DNA from: Eledone cirrhosa
Lineage: Eukaryota
Direction: 5' to 3'
NCBI GenBank assembly: GCA_964016885.1
Contig: OZ024741.1
Location: forward strand, 7,812,001-7,876,000
Length of the DNA: 64,000 nucleotides
Shown here: positions 23,600 through 38,000 of the stretch, in pieces
Layout of the letters: every line of letters starts with the position of its first letter
Position numbering within the stretch: position 1 is the stretch's first letter
The notes under the pieces: model-generated
Seen by the model: only the letters and a program-made list of their open reading frames with translations
Told to the model about the DNA's origin: nothing
Database searches by the model: none
Translations under genes and position numbers: made by a program

Positions 23600-26500
23600 C
23601 CCTAGACAGTTGTAAAGTTCCAGTGTTACCCTAGACAGTGGTAAAGTTCCAGTGTTTCCCTAGACAGTGGTAAATTTCCAGTGTTACACTAGATAGTTGT
23701 AAAGTTCCAGTGTTTCCCTAGAGAGTGGTAAAGTTCCAGTGTTACCCTAGACATTGGTAAATTTCCAGTGTTACTCTAGACAGTGGTAAAGTTCCAGTGT
23801 TACACTAGACAGTGGTAAAGTTCCAGTGTTTCCCTAGACAGTGGTAAAGTTCCAGTGTTTCCCTAGACAGTGGTATAGTTCCAGTGTTTCCCTAGACAGT
23901 GGTAAAGTTCCAGTGTTACCCTAGACAGTTGTAAAGTTCCAGTGTTACTCTAGACAGTGGTAAAGTTCCAGTGTTTCCCTAGACAGTGGTAAAGTTCCAG
24001 TGTTACCCTAGACTGTGGTAAAGTTCCAGTGTTTCCCTAGACAGTGGAAATGTTCCAGTGTTTCCCTAGACAGTGGTAAATTTCCAGTGTTACACTAGAT
24101 AGTTGTAAAGTTCCAGTGTTTCCCTAGACAGTGGTAAAGTTCCAGTGTTTCCCTAGAGAGTGGTTAAGTTCCAGTGTTTCCCTAGACAGTGGTAAAGTTC
24201 CAGTGTTTCCCTAGACAGTGGTAAAGTACCAGTGTTACCCTAGACAGTGGTAAAGTTCCAGTGTTTCCCTAGACAGTGGTAAAGTTTCAGTGTTTCCCTA
24301 GACAGTGGTAAAGTTCCAGTGTTACCCTAGACAGTTGTAAAGTTCCAGTCTTACCCTAGACAGTGGTAAAGTTCCAGTGTGACCCTAGACAGTGGTAAAG
24401 TTCCAGTGTTTCCCTAGACAGTGGTAAAGTTCCAGTGTTACCCTAGACAGTTGTAAAGTTCCAGTGTTACCCTAGACCGTGGTAAAGTTCCAGTGTTACC
24501 CTAGACAGTGGTAAAGTTCCAGTGTTTCCCTAGACAGTGGTAAAGTTCCAGTGTTACCCTAGACAGTTGTAAAGTTCCAGTGTTACACTAGACAGTTGTA
24601 AAGTTCCAGTGTTACCCTAGACAGTTGTAAGGCTCCAGTGTTACCCTAGACAGTGGTAAATTTCCAGTGTTACCCTAGACAGTGGTAAAGTTCCAGTGTT
24701 ACCCTAGACAGTGGTAAAGTTCCAATGTTACCCTTGACAGTGGTAAAGTTCCAGTGTTACCCTAGACAGATGTAAAGTTCCAGTGTTACCCTAGACAGTT
24801 GTAAAGTTCCAGTGTTATCCTAGACTAGACAGTTGTAAAGCTCCAGTGTTACTCTAAACAGTGGTAAAGTTCCAGTGTTACCCTAAATAGTTCTAAAGTT
24901 CCAGTGTTACCCTAGACAGTGGTAAAGTTCCAGTGTTACCCTAAATAGTTCTAAAGTTCCAGTGTTACATTAGACAGTGGTAACGTTACTGTCTTACCCT
25001 AGACAGTGGTAAAGTTCCAGTGATAACCTAGACAGTGGTAAAGTTCCAGTGTTACCCTAGACAGTGGTAAAGTTCCAGTGTTACCCTAGATAGTTCTAAA
25101 GTTCCAGTGTTACCCTAGACAATGGTAAAGTTCCAGTGTTACCCTAGACAGTTGTAAAGTTCCAGTGTTACCCTAAATAGTTCTAAAGTTCCAGTGTTAC
25201 CTTAGACAGTGGTAAAGTTACTGTGTTACCCTAGACAGTGGTAAAGTTCCAGTGTTAACCTAGACAGTTGTAAAGTTCCAGTGTTGCCTTAGACAGTGGT
25301 AAAGTTCCAGTGTTACCCTACACTACACAGTTGTAAAGATCCAGTGTTACCCTAGACAGTGGTAAAGTTCCAGTGTTACACTAGACACTGGTAAAGTTCC
25401 AGTGTTACCCTAGATAGTTGTAAAGTTCCAGTGTTTCAGCCTAGACAGTTGTAAAGTTCCAGTGTTATCCTAGACTAGACAGTTGTAAAGCTCCAGTGTT
25501 ACCCTAGACAGTTGTAAAGTTCCAGTGTTACCCTAAATAGTTCTAAAGTACCAGTGTTACCTTAGACAGTGGTAAAGTTCCTGTCTTACCCTAGACAGTG
25601 GTAAAGTTCCAGTGTTAACCTAGACAGTGGTAAAGTTCCAGTGTTGCCTTAGACAGTGGTAAAGTTCCAGTGTTACCCTAGAGAGTGGAAAAGTTCCAGT
25701 GTTTCCCTAGACAGTGGTAAATTTCCAGTGTTACACTAGATAGTTGTAAAGTTCCAGTGTTTCCCTAGACAGTGGTAAAGTTCCAGAGTTTCCCTAGACA
25801 GTGGTAAAGTTCCAGTGTTTCCCTAGACAGTGGTAAAGTTCCAGTGTTTCCCTAGACAGTGGTAAAGTTCCAGTGTTTCCCTAGACAGTGGTAAAGTTCC
25901 AGTGTTACCCTAGACAGTGGTAAAGTTCCAATGTTACCCTAGACAGTGGTAAAGTTCCAGTGTTACCCTAGACAGTGGTAAGTTCCAGTGTTTCCCTAGA
26001 CAGTGGTAAAGTTACAGTGTTACCCTAGACAGTTGTAAAGTTCAAGTGTTACCCTAGACATTTGTAAAGTTCCAGTGTTACCCTAGACAGTTGTAAGGCT
26101 CCAGTGTTACCATAGACAGTGGTAAAGTTCCAGTGTTACCCTAGACAGTGGTAAAGTTCCAGTGTTACACTAGACAGTGGTAAAGTTCCAGTGTTACCCT
26201 AGACAGTTGTAAGGCGCCAGTGTTACCCTAGACAGTTGTAAAGTTCCAGTGTTACCCTAGACAGTGGTAAAGTTCCAGTGTTACCCTAGACAGTGGTAAA
26301 GTTCCAGTGTTTCCCTAGACAGAGGTAAAGTTCCAGTGTTACCCTAGACAGTGGTAAAGTTCCAGTGTTACCCTAGACAGTGGTAAAGTTCCAGTGTTAC
26401 CCTAGACAGTGGTAAAGTTCCAGTGTTACCCTAGACAGTGGTAAAGTTCCAGTGTTACCCAAGACAGTGGTAAAGTTCAAGTGTTTCCCTAGACAGTGGT

Positions 26501-29500
26501 AAAGTTCCAGTGTTTCCCTAGACAGTGGTAAAGTTCCAGTGTTTCCCTAGACAGTGGTAAAGTTCCAGTGTTACCCTAGACAGTTGTAAAGTTCCAGTGT
26601 TACACTAGACAGTGGTAAAGTTCCAGTGTTTCCCTAGACAGTGGTAAAGTTCCAGTGTTTCCCTAGTCAGTTGTAAAGTTCCAGTGTTTCCCTAGACAGT
26701 GTTAAAGTTCCAGTGTTACCCTAGACAGTTGTAAAGTTCCAATGTTACCCTAGACAGTGGTAAAGTTCCAGTGTTACCCTAGACAGTGGTAAGTTCCAGT
26801 GTTTCCCTAGACAGTGGTAAAGTTACAGTGTTACCCTAGACAGTTGTAAAGTTCAAGTGTTACCCTAGACATTTCTAAAGTTCCAGTGTTACCCTAGACA
26901 GTTGTAAGGCTCCAGTGTTACCATAGACAGTGGTAAAGTTCCAGTGTTACCCTAGACAGTGGTAAAGTTCCAGTGTTACACTAGACAGTGGTAAAGTTCC
27001 AGTGTTACCCTAGACAGTTGTAAGGCGCCAGTGTTACCCTAGACAGTGGTAAAGTTCCAGTGTTACCCAAGACAGTGGTAGAAGTTCCAGTGTTACCCTA
27101 GACAGTTGTAAAGTTCCAGTGTTACCCTAGACAGTTCTAAAGTTCCAGTGTTACCCTAGACAGTTATAAAGTTCCAGTGTTACCCTAGACAGTTGTAAAG
27201 TTCCAGTATTACAATAGACAGTGGAAAGTTCCAGTGTTAACCTAAATAGTTCTAAAGTTCCGGTGTTACCCTAGACAGTTGTAAAGTTCCAGTGTTACCC
27301 TAGACAGTGGTAAAGTTCCAGTGTTTCCCTAGACAGTGGTAAATTTCCAGTGTTACACTAGATAGTTGTAAAGTTCCAGTGTTTCCCTAGACAGTGGTAA
27401 AGTTCCAGTGTTACCCTAGACATTGGTAAATTTCCAGTGTTACTCTAGACAGTGGTAAAGTTCCAGTGTTACACTAGACAGTGGTAAAGTTCCAGTGTTT
27501 CCCTAGACAGTGGTAAAGTTCCAGTGTTTCCCTAGACAGTGGTATAGTTCCAGTGTTTCCCTAGACAGTGGTAAAGTTCCAGTGTTACCCTAGACAGTTG
27601 TAAAGTTCCAGTGTTACTCTAGACAGTGGTAAAGTTCCAGTGTTTCCCTAGACAGTGGTAAAGTTCCAGTGTTACCCTAGACTGTGGTAAAGTTCCAGTG
27701 TTTCCCTAGACAGTGGAAATGTTCCAGTGTTTCCCTAGACAGTGGTAAATTTCCAGTGTTACACTAGATAGTTGTAACGTTCCAGTGTTTCCCTAGACAG
27801 TGGTAAAGTTCCAGTGTTTCCCTAGAGAGTGGTTAAGTTCCAGTGTTTCCCTAGACAGTGGTAAAGTTCCAGTGTTACCCAAGACAGTGGTAGAAGTTCC
27901 AGTGTTACCCTAGACAGTTGTAAAGTTCCAGTGTTACCCTAGACAGTTCTAAAGTTCCAGTGTTACCCTAGACAGTTATAAAGTTCCAGTGTTACCCTAG
28001 ACAGTTGTAAAGTTCCAGTATTACAATAGACAGTGGAAAGTTCCAGTGTTAACCTAAATAGTTCTAAAGTTCCGGTGTTACCCTAGACAGTTGTAAAGTT
28101 CCAGTGTTACCCTAGACAGTGGTAAAGTTCCAGTGTTTCCCTAGACAGTGGTAAATTTCCAGTGTTACACTAGATAGTTGTAAAGTTCCAGTGTTTCCCT
28201 AGACAGTGGTAAAGTTCCAGTGTTACCCTAGACATTGGTAAATTTCCAGTGTTACTCTAGACAGTGGTAAAGTTCCAGTGTTACACTAGACAGTGGTAAA
28301 GTTCCAGTGTTTCCCTAGACAGTGGTAAAGTTCCAGTGTTTCCCTAGACAGTGGTATAGTTCCAGTGTTTCCCTAGACAGTGGTAAAGTTCCAGTGTTAC
28401 CCTAGACAGTTGTAAAGTTCCAGTGTTACTCTAGACAGTGGTAAAGTTCCAGTGTTTCCCTAGACAGTGGTAAAGTTCCAGTGTTACCCTAGACTGTGGT
28501 AAAGTTCCAGTGTTTCCCTAGACAGTGGAAATGTTCCAGTGTTTCCCTAGACAGTGGTAAATTTCCAGTGTTACACTAGATAGTTGTAAAGTTCCAGTGT
28601 TTCCCTAGACAGTGGTAAAGTTCCAGTGTTTCCCTAGAGAGTGGTTAAGTTCCAGTGTTTCCCTAGACAGTGGTAAAGTTCCAGTGTTTCCCTAGACAGT
28701 GGTAAAGTACCAGTGTTAACCTAGACAGTGGTAAAGTTCCAGTGTTTCCCTAGACAGTGGTAAAGTTTCAGTGTTTCCCTAGACAGTGGTAAAGTTCCAG
28801 TGTTACCCTAGACAGTTGTAAAGTTCCAGTCTTACCCTAGACAGTGGTAAAGTTCCAGTGTGACCCTAGACAGTGGTAAAGTTCCAGTGTTTCCCTAGAC
28901 AGTGGTAAAGTTCCAGTGTTACCCTAGACAGTTGTAAAGTTCCAGTGTTACCCTAGACCGTGGTAAAGTTCCAGTGTTACCCTAGACAGTGGTAAAGTTC
29001 CAGTGTTTCCCTAGACAGTGGTAAAGTTCCAGTGTTACCCTAGACAGTTGTAAAGTTCCAGTGTTACACTAGACAGTTGTAAAGTTCCAGTGTTACCCTA
29101 GACAGTTGTAAGGCTCCAGTGTTACCCTAGACAGTGGTAAATTTCCAGTGTTACCCTAGACAGTGGTAAAGTTCCAGTGTTACCCTAGACAGTGGTAAAG
29201 TTCCAATGTTACCCTTGACAGTGGTAAAGTTCCAGTGTTACCCTAGACAGATGTAAAGTTCCAGTGTTACACTAGACAGTTGTAAAGTTCCAGTGTTATC
29301 CTAGACTAGACAGTTGTAAAGCTCCAGTGTTACTCTAAACAGTGGTAAAGTTCCAGTGTTACCCTAAATAGTTCTAAAGTTCCAGTGTTACCCTAGACAG
29401 TGGTAAAGTTCCAGTGTTACCCTAAATAGTTCTAAAGTTCCAGTGTTACGTTAGACAGTGGTAACGTTCCTGTCTTACCCTAGACAGTGGTAAAGTTCCA

Positions 29501-31460
29501 GTGATAACCTAGACAGTGGTAAAGTTCCAGTGTTACCCTAGACAGTGGTAAAGTTCCAGTGTTACCCTAGATAGTTCTAAAGTTCCAGTGTTACCCTAGA
29601 CAATGGTAAAGTTCCAGTGTTACCCTAGACAGTTGTAAAGTTCCAGTGTTACCCTAAATAGTTCTAAAGTTCCAGTGTTACCTTAGACAGTGGTAAAGTT
29701 ACTGTGTTACCCTAGACAGTGGTAAAGTTCCAGTGTTAACCTAGACAGTTGTAAAGTTCCAGTGTTGCCTTAGACAGTGGTAAAGTTCCAGTGTTACCCT
29801 ACACTACACAGTTGTAAAGATCCAGTGTTACCCTAGACATTGGTAAAGTTCCAGTGTTACACTAGACACTGGTAAAGTTCCAGTGTTACCCTAGATAGTT
29901 GTAAAGTTCCAGTGTTTCAGCCTAGACAGTTGTAAAGTTCCAGTGTTATCCTAGACTAGACAGTTGTAAAGCTCCAGTGTTACCCTAGACAGTTGTAAAG
30001 TTCCAGTGTTACCCTAAATAGTTCTAAAGTACCAGTGTTACCTTAGACAGTGGTAAAGTTCCTGTCTTACCCTAGACAGTGGTAAAGTTCCAGTGTTAAC
30101 CTAGACAGTGGTAAAGTTCCAGTGTTGCCTTAGACAGTGGTAAAGTTCCAGTGTTACCCTAGAGAGTGGAAAAGTTCCAGTGTTTCCCTAGACAGTGGTA
30201 AATTTCCAGTGTTACACTAGATAGTTGTAAAGTTCCAGTGTTTCCCTAGACAGTGGTAAAGTTCCAGAGTTTCCCTAGACAGTGGTAAAGTTCCAGTGTT
30301 TCCCTAGACAGTGGTAAAGTTCCAGTGTTTCCCTAGACAGTGGTAAAGTTCCAGTGTTTCCCTAGACAGTGGTAAAGTTCCAGTGTTACCCTAGACAGTG
30401 GTAAAGTTCCAGTGTTACCCTAGACAGTGGTAAAGTTCCAGTGTTTCCCTAGACAGAGGTAAAGTTCCAGTGTTACCCTAGACAGTGGTAAAGTTCCAGT
30501 GTTACCCTAGACAGTGGTAAAGTTCCAGTGTTACCCTAGACAGTGGTAAGGCTCCAGTGTTACCCTAGACAGTGGTAAAGTTCCAGTGTTACCCAAGACA
30601 GTGGTAAAGTTCCAGTGTTTCCCTAGACAGTGGTAAAGTTCCAGTGTTTCCCTAGACAGTGGTAAAGTTCCAGTGTTTCCCTAGACAGTGGTAAAGTTCC
30701 AGTGTTACCCTAGACAGTTGTAAAGTTCCAGTGTTACACTAGACAGTGGTAAAGTTCCAGTGTTTCCCTAGGCAGTGGTAAAGTTCCAGTGTTACCCTAG
30801 ACAGTGTTAAAGTTCCAGTGTTTCCCTAGTCAGTTGTAAAGTTCCAGTGTTTCCCTAGACAGTGTTAAAGTTCCAGTGTTACCCTAGACAGTTGTAAAGT
30901 TCCAATGTTACCCTAGACAGTGGTAAAGTTCCAGTGTTACCCTAGACAGTGGTAAGTTCCAGTGTTTCCCTAGACAGTGGTAAAGTTACAGTGTTACCCT
31001 AGACAGTTGTAAAGTTCAAGTGTTACCCTAGACATTTGTAAAGTTCCAGTGTTACCCTAGACAGTTGTAAGGCTCCAGTGTTACCATAGACAGTGGTAAA
31101 GTTCCAGTGTTACCCTAGACAGTGGTAAAGTTCCAGTGTTACACTAGACAGTGGTAAAGTTCCAGTGTTACCCTAGACAGTTGTAAGGCGCCAGTGTTAC
31201 CCTAGACAGTGGTAAAGTTCCAGTGTTACCCAAGACAGTGGTAGAAGTTCCAGTGTTACCCTAGACAGTTGTAAAGTTCCAGTGTTACCCTAGACAGTTC
31301 TAAAGTTCCAGTGTTACCCTAGACAGTTATAAAGTTCCAGTGTTACCCTAGACAGTTGTAAAGTTCCAGTATTACAATAGACAGTGGAAAGTTCCAGTGT
31401 TAACCTAAATAGTTCTAAAGTTCCGGTGTTACCCTAGACAGTTGTAAAGTTCCAGTGTTA
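23600..31460. repeat. Duplicated block ~23600-27300 / ~28080-31460
   Basis: Shared private variants at constant offset 4481: GTGACCC (GACCC at 24381/28862), CCTAGACCG (24471/28952), TAACGTT (24981/29462), TTCCAGAGTT (25781/30262). The offset drops to ~4134-4163 downstream because of monomer-scale indels. Confidence 0.8.
27038..28688. repeat. 812-bp (28-monomer) tandem duplication
   Basis: CCCAAGAC at 27066/27878 and TACAAT at 27210/28022, both offset 812 = 28x29. One substitution seen (27778 C vs 28590 A). Confidence 0.9.
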
Positions 31461-32002
31461 CCCTAGACATTTGTAAAGTTCCAGTGTTACCCTAGACAGT
31501 GGTAAAGTTCTAGTGTTACCCTAGACAGTTCTAAAGTTCCAGTGTTACCCTAGAGAGTGGTAAAGTTCCAGTGTTACCCTAAAGAGTTGTAAATTCCACT
31601 GTTACCCTAGTCAGTTCTAAAGTTCCAGTGTTACCCTAGACAGTTGTAAAGTTCCAGTGTTACCCAAGAGAGTTGTAAAGTTCCAGTATTACAATAGACA
31701 GTGGTAAAGTTCCAGTGTTACCCTAGATAGTTCTAAAGTTCCAGTGTTACCCTAGACAATGGTAAAGTTCCAGTGTTACCCTAGACAGTTGTAAAGTTCC
31801 AGTGTTACCCTAAATAGTTCTAAAGTTCCAGTGTTACCTTAGACAGTGGTAAAGTTCCTGTGTTTCCCTAGAGAGTGGTAAAGTTCCAGTGTTTCCCTAG
31901 ACAGTGGTAAAGTTCCAGTGTTTCCGTAGACAGTGGTAAAGTACCAGTGTTACCCTAGACAGTGGTAAAGTTCCAGTGTTTCCCTAGACAGTGGTAAAGT
32001 TT

Positions 32003-35000
32003 CAGTGTTTCCCTAGACAGTGGTAAAGTTCCAGTGTTTCCCTAGACAGTGGTAAAGTTCCAGTGTTACCCTAGACAGTTGTAAAGTTCCAGTCTTACCC
32101 TAGACAGTGGTAAAGTTCCAGTGTTACCCTAGACAGTGGTAAAGTTCCAGTGTTTCCATAGACAGTGGTAAAGTTCCAGTGTTACCCTAGATAGTTGTAA
32201 AGTTCCAGTGTTACCCTAGACAGTGGTAAAGTTCCAGTGTTACCCTAGAGAGTGGTAAAGTTCCAGTGTTTCCCTAGACAGTGGTAAAGTTCCAGTGTTA
32301 CCCTAGACAGTTGTAAAGTTCCAGTGTTACACTAGACAGTTGTAAAGTTCCAGTGTTACCCTAGACAGTTGTAAGGCTCCAGTGTTACCCTAGACAGTGG
32401 TAAAGTTCCAGTGTTACCCTAGACAGTGGTAAAGTTCCAGTGTTACCCTAGACTGTGGTAAAGTTCCAATGTTACCCTTGACAGTGGTAAAGTTCCAGTG
32501 TTACCCTAGACAGATGTAAAGTTCCAGTGTTACCCTAGACAGTTGTAAAGTTCCAGTGTTATCCTAGACTAGACAGTTGTAAAGCTCCAGTGTTACCCTA
32601 AACAGTGGTAAAGTTCCAGTGTTACCCTAAATAGTTCTAAAGTTCCAGTGTTACCCTAGACAATGTTAAAGTTCCAGTGTTACCCTAGACAGTGGTAAAG
32701 TTCCAGTGTTACCCTAAATAGTTCTAAAGTTCCAGTGTTACCTTAGACAGTGGTAAAGTTCCTGTCTTACCCTAAACAGTGGTAAAGTTCCAGTGATAAC
32801 CTAGACAGTTGTAAAGTTCCAGTGTTGCCTTAGACAGCGGTAAAGTTCCAGTGTTATCCTACACTACACAGTTGTAAAGCTCCAGTGTTACCCTAGACAG
32901 TGGTAAAGTTCCAGTGTTACCCTAGACAGTGGTAAAGTTCCAGTGTTACGCTAGATAGTTGTAAAGTTCCAGTGTTACACTAGACAGTTGTAAAGTTCCA
33001 GTGTTATCCTAGACTAGACAGTTGTAAAGCTCCAGTGTTACCCTAGACAGTGTTAAGTTCCAGTGTTACCCTAAATAGTTCTAAAGTTCCAGTGTTACAC
33101 TACACAGTGGTAAAGTTGCAGTGTTACCCTAGACAGTGGTAAAGTTCCAGTGTTACCCTAGATAGTTCTAAAGTTCCAGTGTTACCCTAGACAATGGTAA
33201 AGTTCCAGTGTTACCCTAGACAGTTGTAAAGTTCCAGTGTTACCCTAAATAGTTCTAAAGTTCCAGTGTTACCTTAGACAGTGGTAAAGTTCCTGTGTTA
33301 CCCTAGACAGTGGTAAAGTTCCAGTGTTTCCCTAGACAGTGGTAAAGTTCCAGTGTTACCCTAGACAGTGGTAAAGTTCCAGTGTTTCCCTAGACAGAGG
33401 TAAAGTTCCAGTGTTACCCTAGACAGTGGTAAAGTTCCAGTGTTACCCTAGACAGTGGTAAAGTTCCAGTGTTACCCTAGACAGTGGTAAGGCTCCAGTG
33501 TTTCCCTAGACAGTGGTAAAGTTCCAGTGTTACCCTAGACAGTTGTAAAGTTCCAGTGTTACACTAGACAGTGGTAAAGTTCCAGTGTTTCCCTAGACAG
33601 TGGTAAAGTTCCAGTGTTACCTTAGACAGTGGTAAAGTTCCAGTGTTTCCCTAGTCAGTAGTAAAGTTCCAGTGTTTCCCTAGACAGTGGTAAAGTTCCA
33701 GTGTTACCCTAGACAGTTGTAAATTTCCAGTGTTACCCTAGACAGTGGTACAGTTCCAGTGTTACCCTAGACAGTGGTAAGTTCCAGTGTTTCCCTAGAC
33801 AGTGGTAAAGTTACAGTGTTACCCTAGACAGTTGTAAAGTTCCAGTGTTACCCTAGACAGTTGTAAAGTTCCAGTGTTACCCTAGACAGTTGTAAGGCTC
33901 CAGTGTTACCATAGACAGTGGTAAAGTTCCAGTGTTACCCTAGACAGTGGTAAAGTTCCAGTGTTACCCTAGACAGTGGTAAATTTCCAGTGTTACCCTA
34001 GACAGTTGTAAGGCGCCAGTGTTACCCTAGACAGTGGTAAAGTTCCAGTGTTACCCAAGACAGTGGTAGAAGTTCCAGTGTTACCCTAGACAGTTGTAAA
34101 GTTCCAGTGTTACCCTAGACAGTTATAAAGTTCCAGTGTTACCCTAGACAGTTGTAAAGTTCCAGTATTACAATAGACAGTGGAAAGTTCCAGTGTTAAC
34201 CTAAATAGTTCTAAAGTTCCGGTGTTACCCTAGACAGTTGTAAAGTTCCAGTGTTACCCTAGACATTTGTAAAGTTCCAGTGTTACCCTAGACAGTGGTA
34301 AAGTTCCAGTGTTACCCTAGACAGTTCTAAAGTTCCAGTGTTACCCTAGAGAGTGGTAAAGTTCCAGTGTTACCCTAAAGAGTTGTAAATTCCACTGTTA
34401 CCCTAGTCAGTTCTAAAGTTCCAGTGTTACCCTAGACAGTTGTAAAGTACCAGTGTTACCCAAGAGAGTTGTAAAGTTCCAGTATTACAATAGACAGCGG
34501 TAAAGTTCCAGTGTTACCCTAGATAGTTCTAAAGTTCCAGTGTTACCCTAGACAATGGTAAAGTTCCAGTGTTACCCTAGACAGTTGTAAAGTTCCAGTG
34601 TTACCCTAAATAGTTCTAAAGTTCCAGTGTTACCTTAGACAGTGGTAAAGTTCCTGTGTTACCCTAGACAGTGGTAAAGTTCCAGTGTTAACTTAGACAG
34701 TTGTAAAGTTCCAGTGTTGCCTTAGACAGTGGTAAAGTTCCAGTGTTACCCTACACTACACAGTTGTAAAGATCCACTGTTACCCTAGACAGTGGTAAAG
34801 TTCCAGTGTTACCCTAGACAGTGGTAAAGTTCCAGTGTTACCCTAGATAGTTGTAAAGTTCCAGTGTTACCCTAGACAGTTGTAAAGTTCCAGTGTTATC
34901 CTAGACTAGACAGTTGTAAACTTCCAGTGTTACCCTAGACAGTTGTAAAGTTCCAGTGTTACCCTAGAGAGTTGTAAAGTGCCAGTGTTAACCTAGACAG

Positions 35001-38000
35001 TGGTAAAGTTCCAGTGTTACCCTAGATAGTTCTAAAGTTCCAGTGTTACCCTAGACAATGGTAAAGTTCCATCTTACCCTAGACAGTTGTAAAGTACCAG
35101 TGTTACCCTAAATAGTTCTAAAGTTCCAGTGTTACCTTAGACAGTGGTAAAGTTCCTGTGTTACCCTAGACAGTGGTAAAGTTCCAGTGTTTCCCTAGAC
35201 AGTGGTAAAGTTCCAGTGTTTCCCTAGACAGTGGTAAAGTTCCAGTGTTTCCCTAGACAGTGGTAAAGTTCCAGTGTTACCCTAGACAGTTGTAAAGTTC
35301 CAGTCTTACCCTAGACAGTGGTAAAGTTCCAGTGTTACCCTAGACAGTGGTAAAGTTCCAGTGTTTCCATAGACAGTGGTAAAGTTCCAGTGTTACCCTA
35401 GATAGTTGTAAAGTTCCAGTGTTACCCTAGACAGTGGTAAAGTTCCAGTGTTACCCTAGAGAGTGGTAAAGTTCCAGTGTTTCCCTAGACAGTGGTAAAG
35501 TTCCAGTGTTACCCTAGACAGTTGTAAAGTTCCAGTGTTACACTAGACAGTTGTAAAGTTCCAGTGTTACCCTAGACAGTTGTAAGGCTCCAGTGTTACC
35601 CTAGACAGTGGTAAAGTTCCAGTGTTACCCTAGACAGTGGTAAAGTTCCAGTGTTACCCTAGACTGTGGTAAAGTTCCAATGTTACCCTTGACAGTGGTA
35701 AAGTTCCAGTGTTACCCTAGACAGATGTAAAGTTCCAGTGTTACCCTAGACAGTTGTAAAGTTCCAGTGTTATCCTAGACTAGACAGTTGTAAAGCTCCA
35801 GTGTTACCCTAAACAGTGGTAAAGTTCCAGTGTTACCCTAAATAGTTCTAAAGTTCCAGTGTTACCCTAGACAATGTTAAAGTTCCAGTGTTACCCTAGA
35901 CAGTGGTAAAGTTCCAGTGTTACCCTAAATAGTTCTAAAGTTCCAGTGTTACCTTAGACAGTGGTAAAGTTCCTGTCTTACCCTAAACAGTGGTAAAGTT
36001 CCAGTGATAACCTAGACAGTTGTAAAGTTCCAGTGTTGCCTTAGACAGCGGTAAAGTTCCAGTGTTATCCTACACTACACAGTTGTAAAGCTCCAGTGTT
36101 ACCCTAGACAGTGGTAAAGTTCCAGTGTTACCCTAGACAGTGGTAAAGTTCCAGTGTTACGCTAGATAGTTGTAAAGTTCCAGTGTTACACTAGACAGTT
36201 GTAAAGTTCCAGTGTTATCCTAGACTAGACAGTTGTAAAGCTCCAGTGTTACCCTAGACAGTGTTAAGTTCCAGTGTTACCCTAAATAGTTCTAAAGTTC
36301 CAGTGTTACACTACACAGTGGTAAAGTTGCAGTGTTACCCTAGACAGTGGTAAAGTTCCAGTGTTACCCTAGATAGTTCTAAAGTTCCAGTGTTACCCTA
36401 GACAATGGTAAAGTTCCAGTGTTACCCTAGACAGTTGTAAAGTTCCAGTGTTACCCTAAATAGTTCTAAAGTTCCAGTGTTACCTTAGACAGTGGTAAAG
36501 TTCCTGTGTTACCCTAGACAGTGGTAAAGTTCCAGTGTTTCCCTAGACAGTGGTAAAGTTCCAGTGTTACCCTAGACAGTGGTAAAGTTCCAGTGTTTCC
36601 CTAGACAGAGGTAAAGTTCCAGTGTTACCCTAGACAGTGGTAAAGTTCCAGTGTTACCCTAGACAGTGGTAAAGTTCCAGTGTTACCCTAGACAGTGGTA
36701 AGGCTCCAGTGTTTCCCTAGACAGTGGTAAAGTTCCAGTGTTACCCTAGACAGTTGTAAAGTTCCAGTGTTACACTAGACAGTGGTAAAGTTCCAGTGTT
36801 TCCCTAGACAGTGGTAAAGTTCCAGTGTTACCTTAGACAGTGGTAAAGTTCCAGTGTTTCCCTAGTCAGTAGTAAAGTTCCAGTGTTTCCCTAGACAGTG
36901 GTAAAGTTCCAGTGTTACCCTAGACAGTTGTAAATTTCCAGTGTTACCCTAGACAGTGGTACAGTTCCAGTGTTACCCTAGACAGTGGTAAGTTCCAGTG
37001 TTTCCCTAGACAGTGGTAAAGTTACAGTGTTACCCTAGACAGTTGTAAAGTTCCAGTGTTACCCTAGACAGTTGTAAAGTTCCAGTGTTACCCTAGACAG
37101 TTGTAAGGCTCCAGTGTTACCATAGACAGTGGTAAAGTTCCAGTGTTACCCTAGACAGTGGTAAAGTTCCAGTGTTACCCTAGACAGTGGTAAATTTCCA
37201 GTGTTACCCTAGACAGTTGTAAGGCGCCAGTGTTACCCTAGACAGTGGTAAAGTTCCAGTGTTACCCAAGACAGTGGTAGAAGTTCCAGTGTTACCCTAG
37301 ACAGTTGTAAAGTTCCAGTGTTACCCTAGACAGTTATAAAGTTCCAGTGTTACCCTAGACAGTTGTAAAGTTCCAGTATTACAATAGACAGTGGAAAGTT
37401 CCAGTGTTAACCTAAATAGTTCTAAAGTTCCGGTGTTACCCTAGACAGTTGTAAAGTTCCAGTGTTACCCTAGACATTTGTAAAGTTCCAGTGTTACCCT
37501 AGACAGTGGTAAAGTTCCAGTGTTACCCTAGACAGTTCTAAAGTTCCAGTGTTACCCTAGAGAGTGGTAAAGTTCCAGTGTTACCCTAAAGAGTTGTAAA
37601 TTCCAGTGTTACCCTAGTCAGTTCTAAAGTTCCAGTGTTACCCTAGACAGTTGTAAAGTACCAGTGTTACCCAAGAGAGTTGTAAAGTTCCAGTATTACA
37701 ATAGACAGCGGTAAAGTTCCAGTGTTACCCTAGATAGTTCTAAAGTTCCAGTGTTACCCTAGACAATGGTAAAGTTCCAGTGTTACCCTAGACAGTTGTA
37801 AAGTTCCAGTGTTACCCTAAATAGTTCTAAAGTTCCAGTGTTACCTTAGACAGTGGTAAAGTTCCTGTGTTACCCTAGACAGTGGTAAAGTTCCAGTGTT
37901 AACTTAGACAGTTGTAAAGTTCCAGTGTTGCCTTAGACAGTGGTAAAGTTCCAGTGTTACCCTACACTACACAGTTGTAAAGATCCACTGTTACCCTAGA

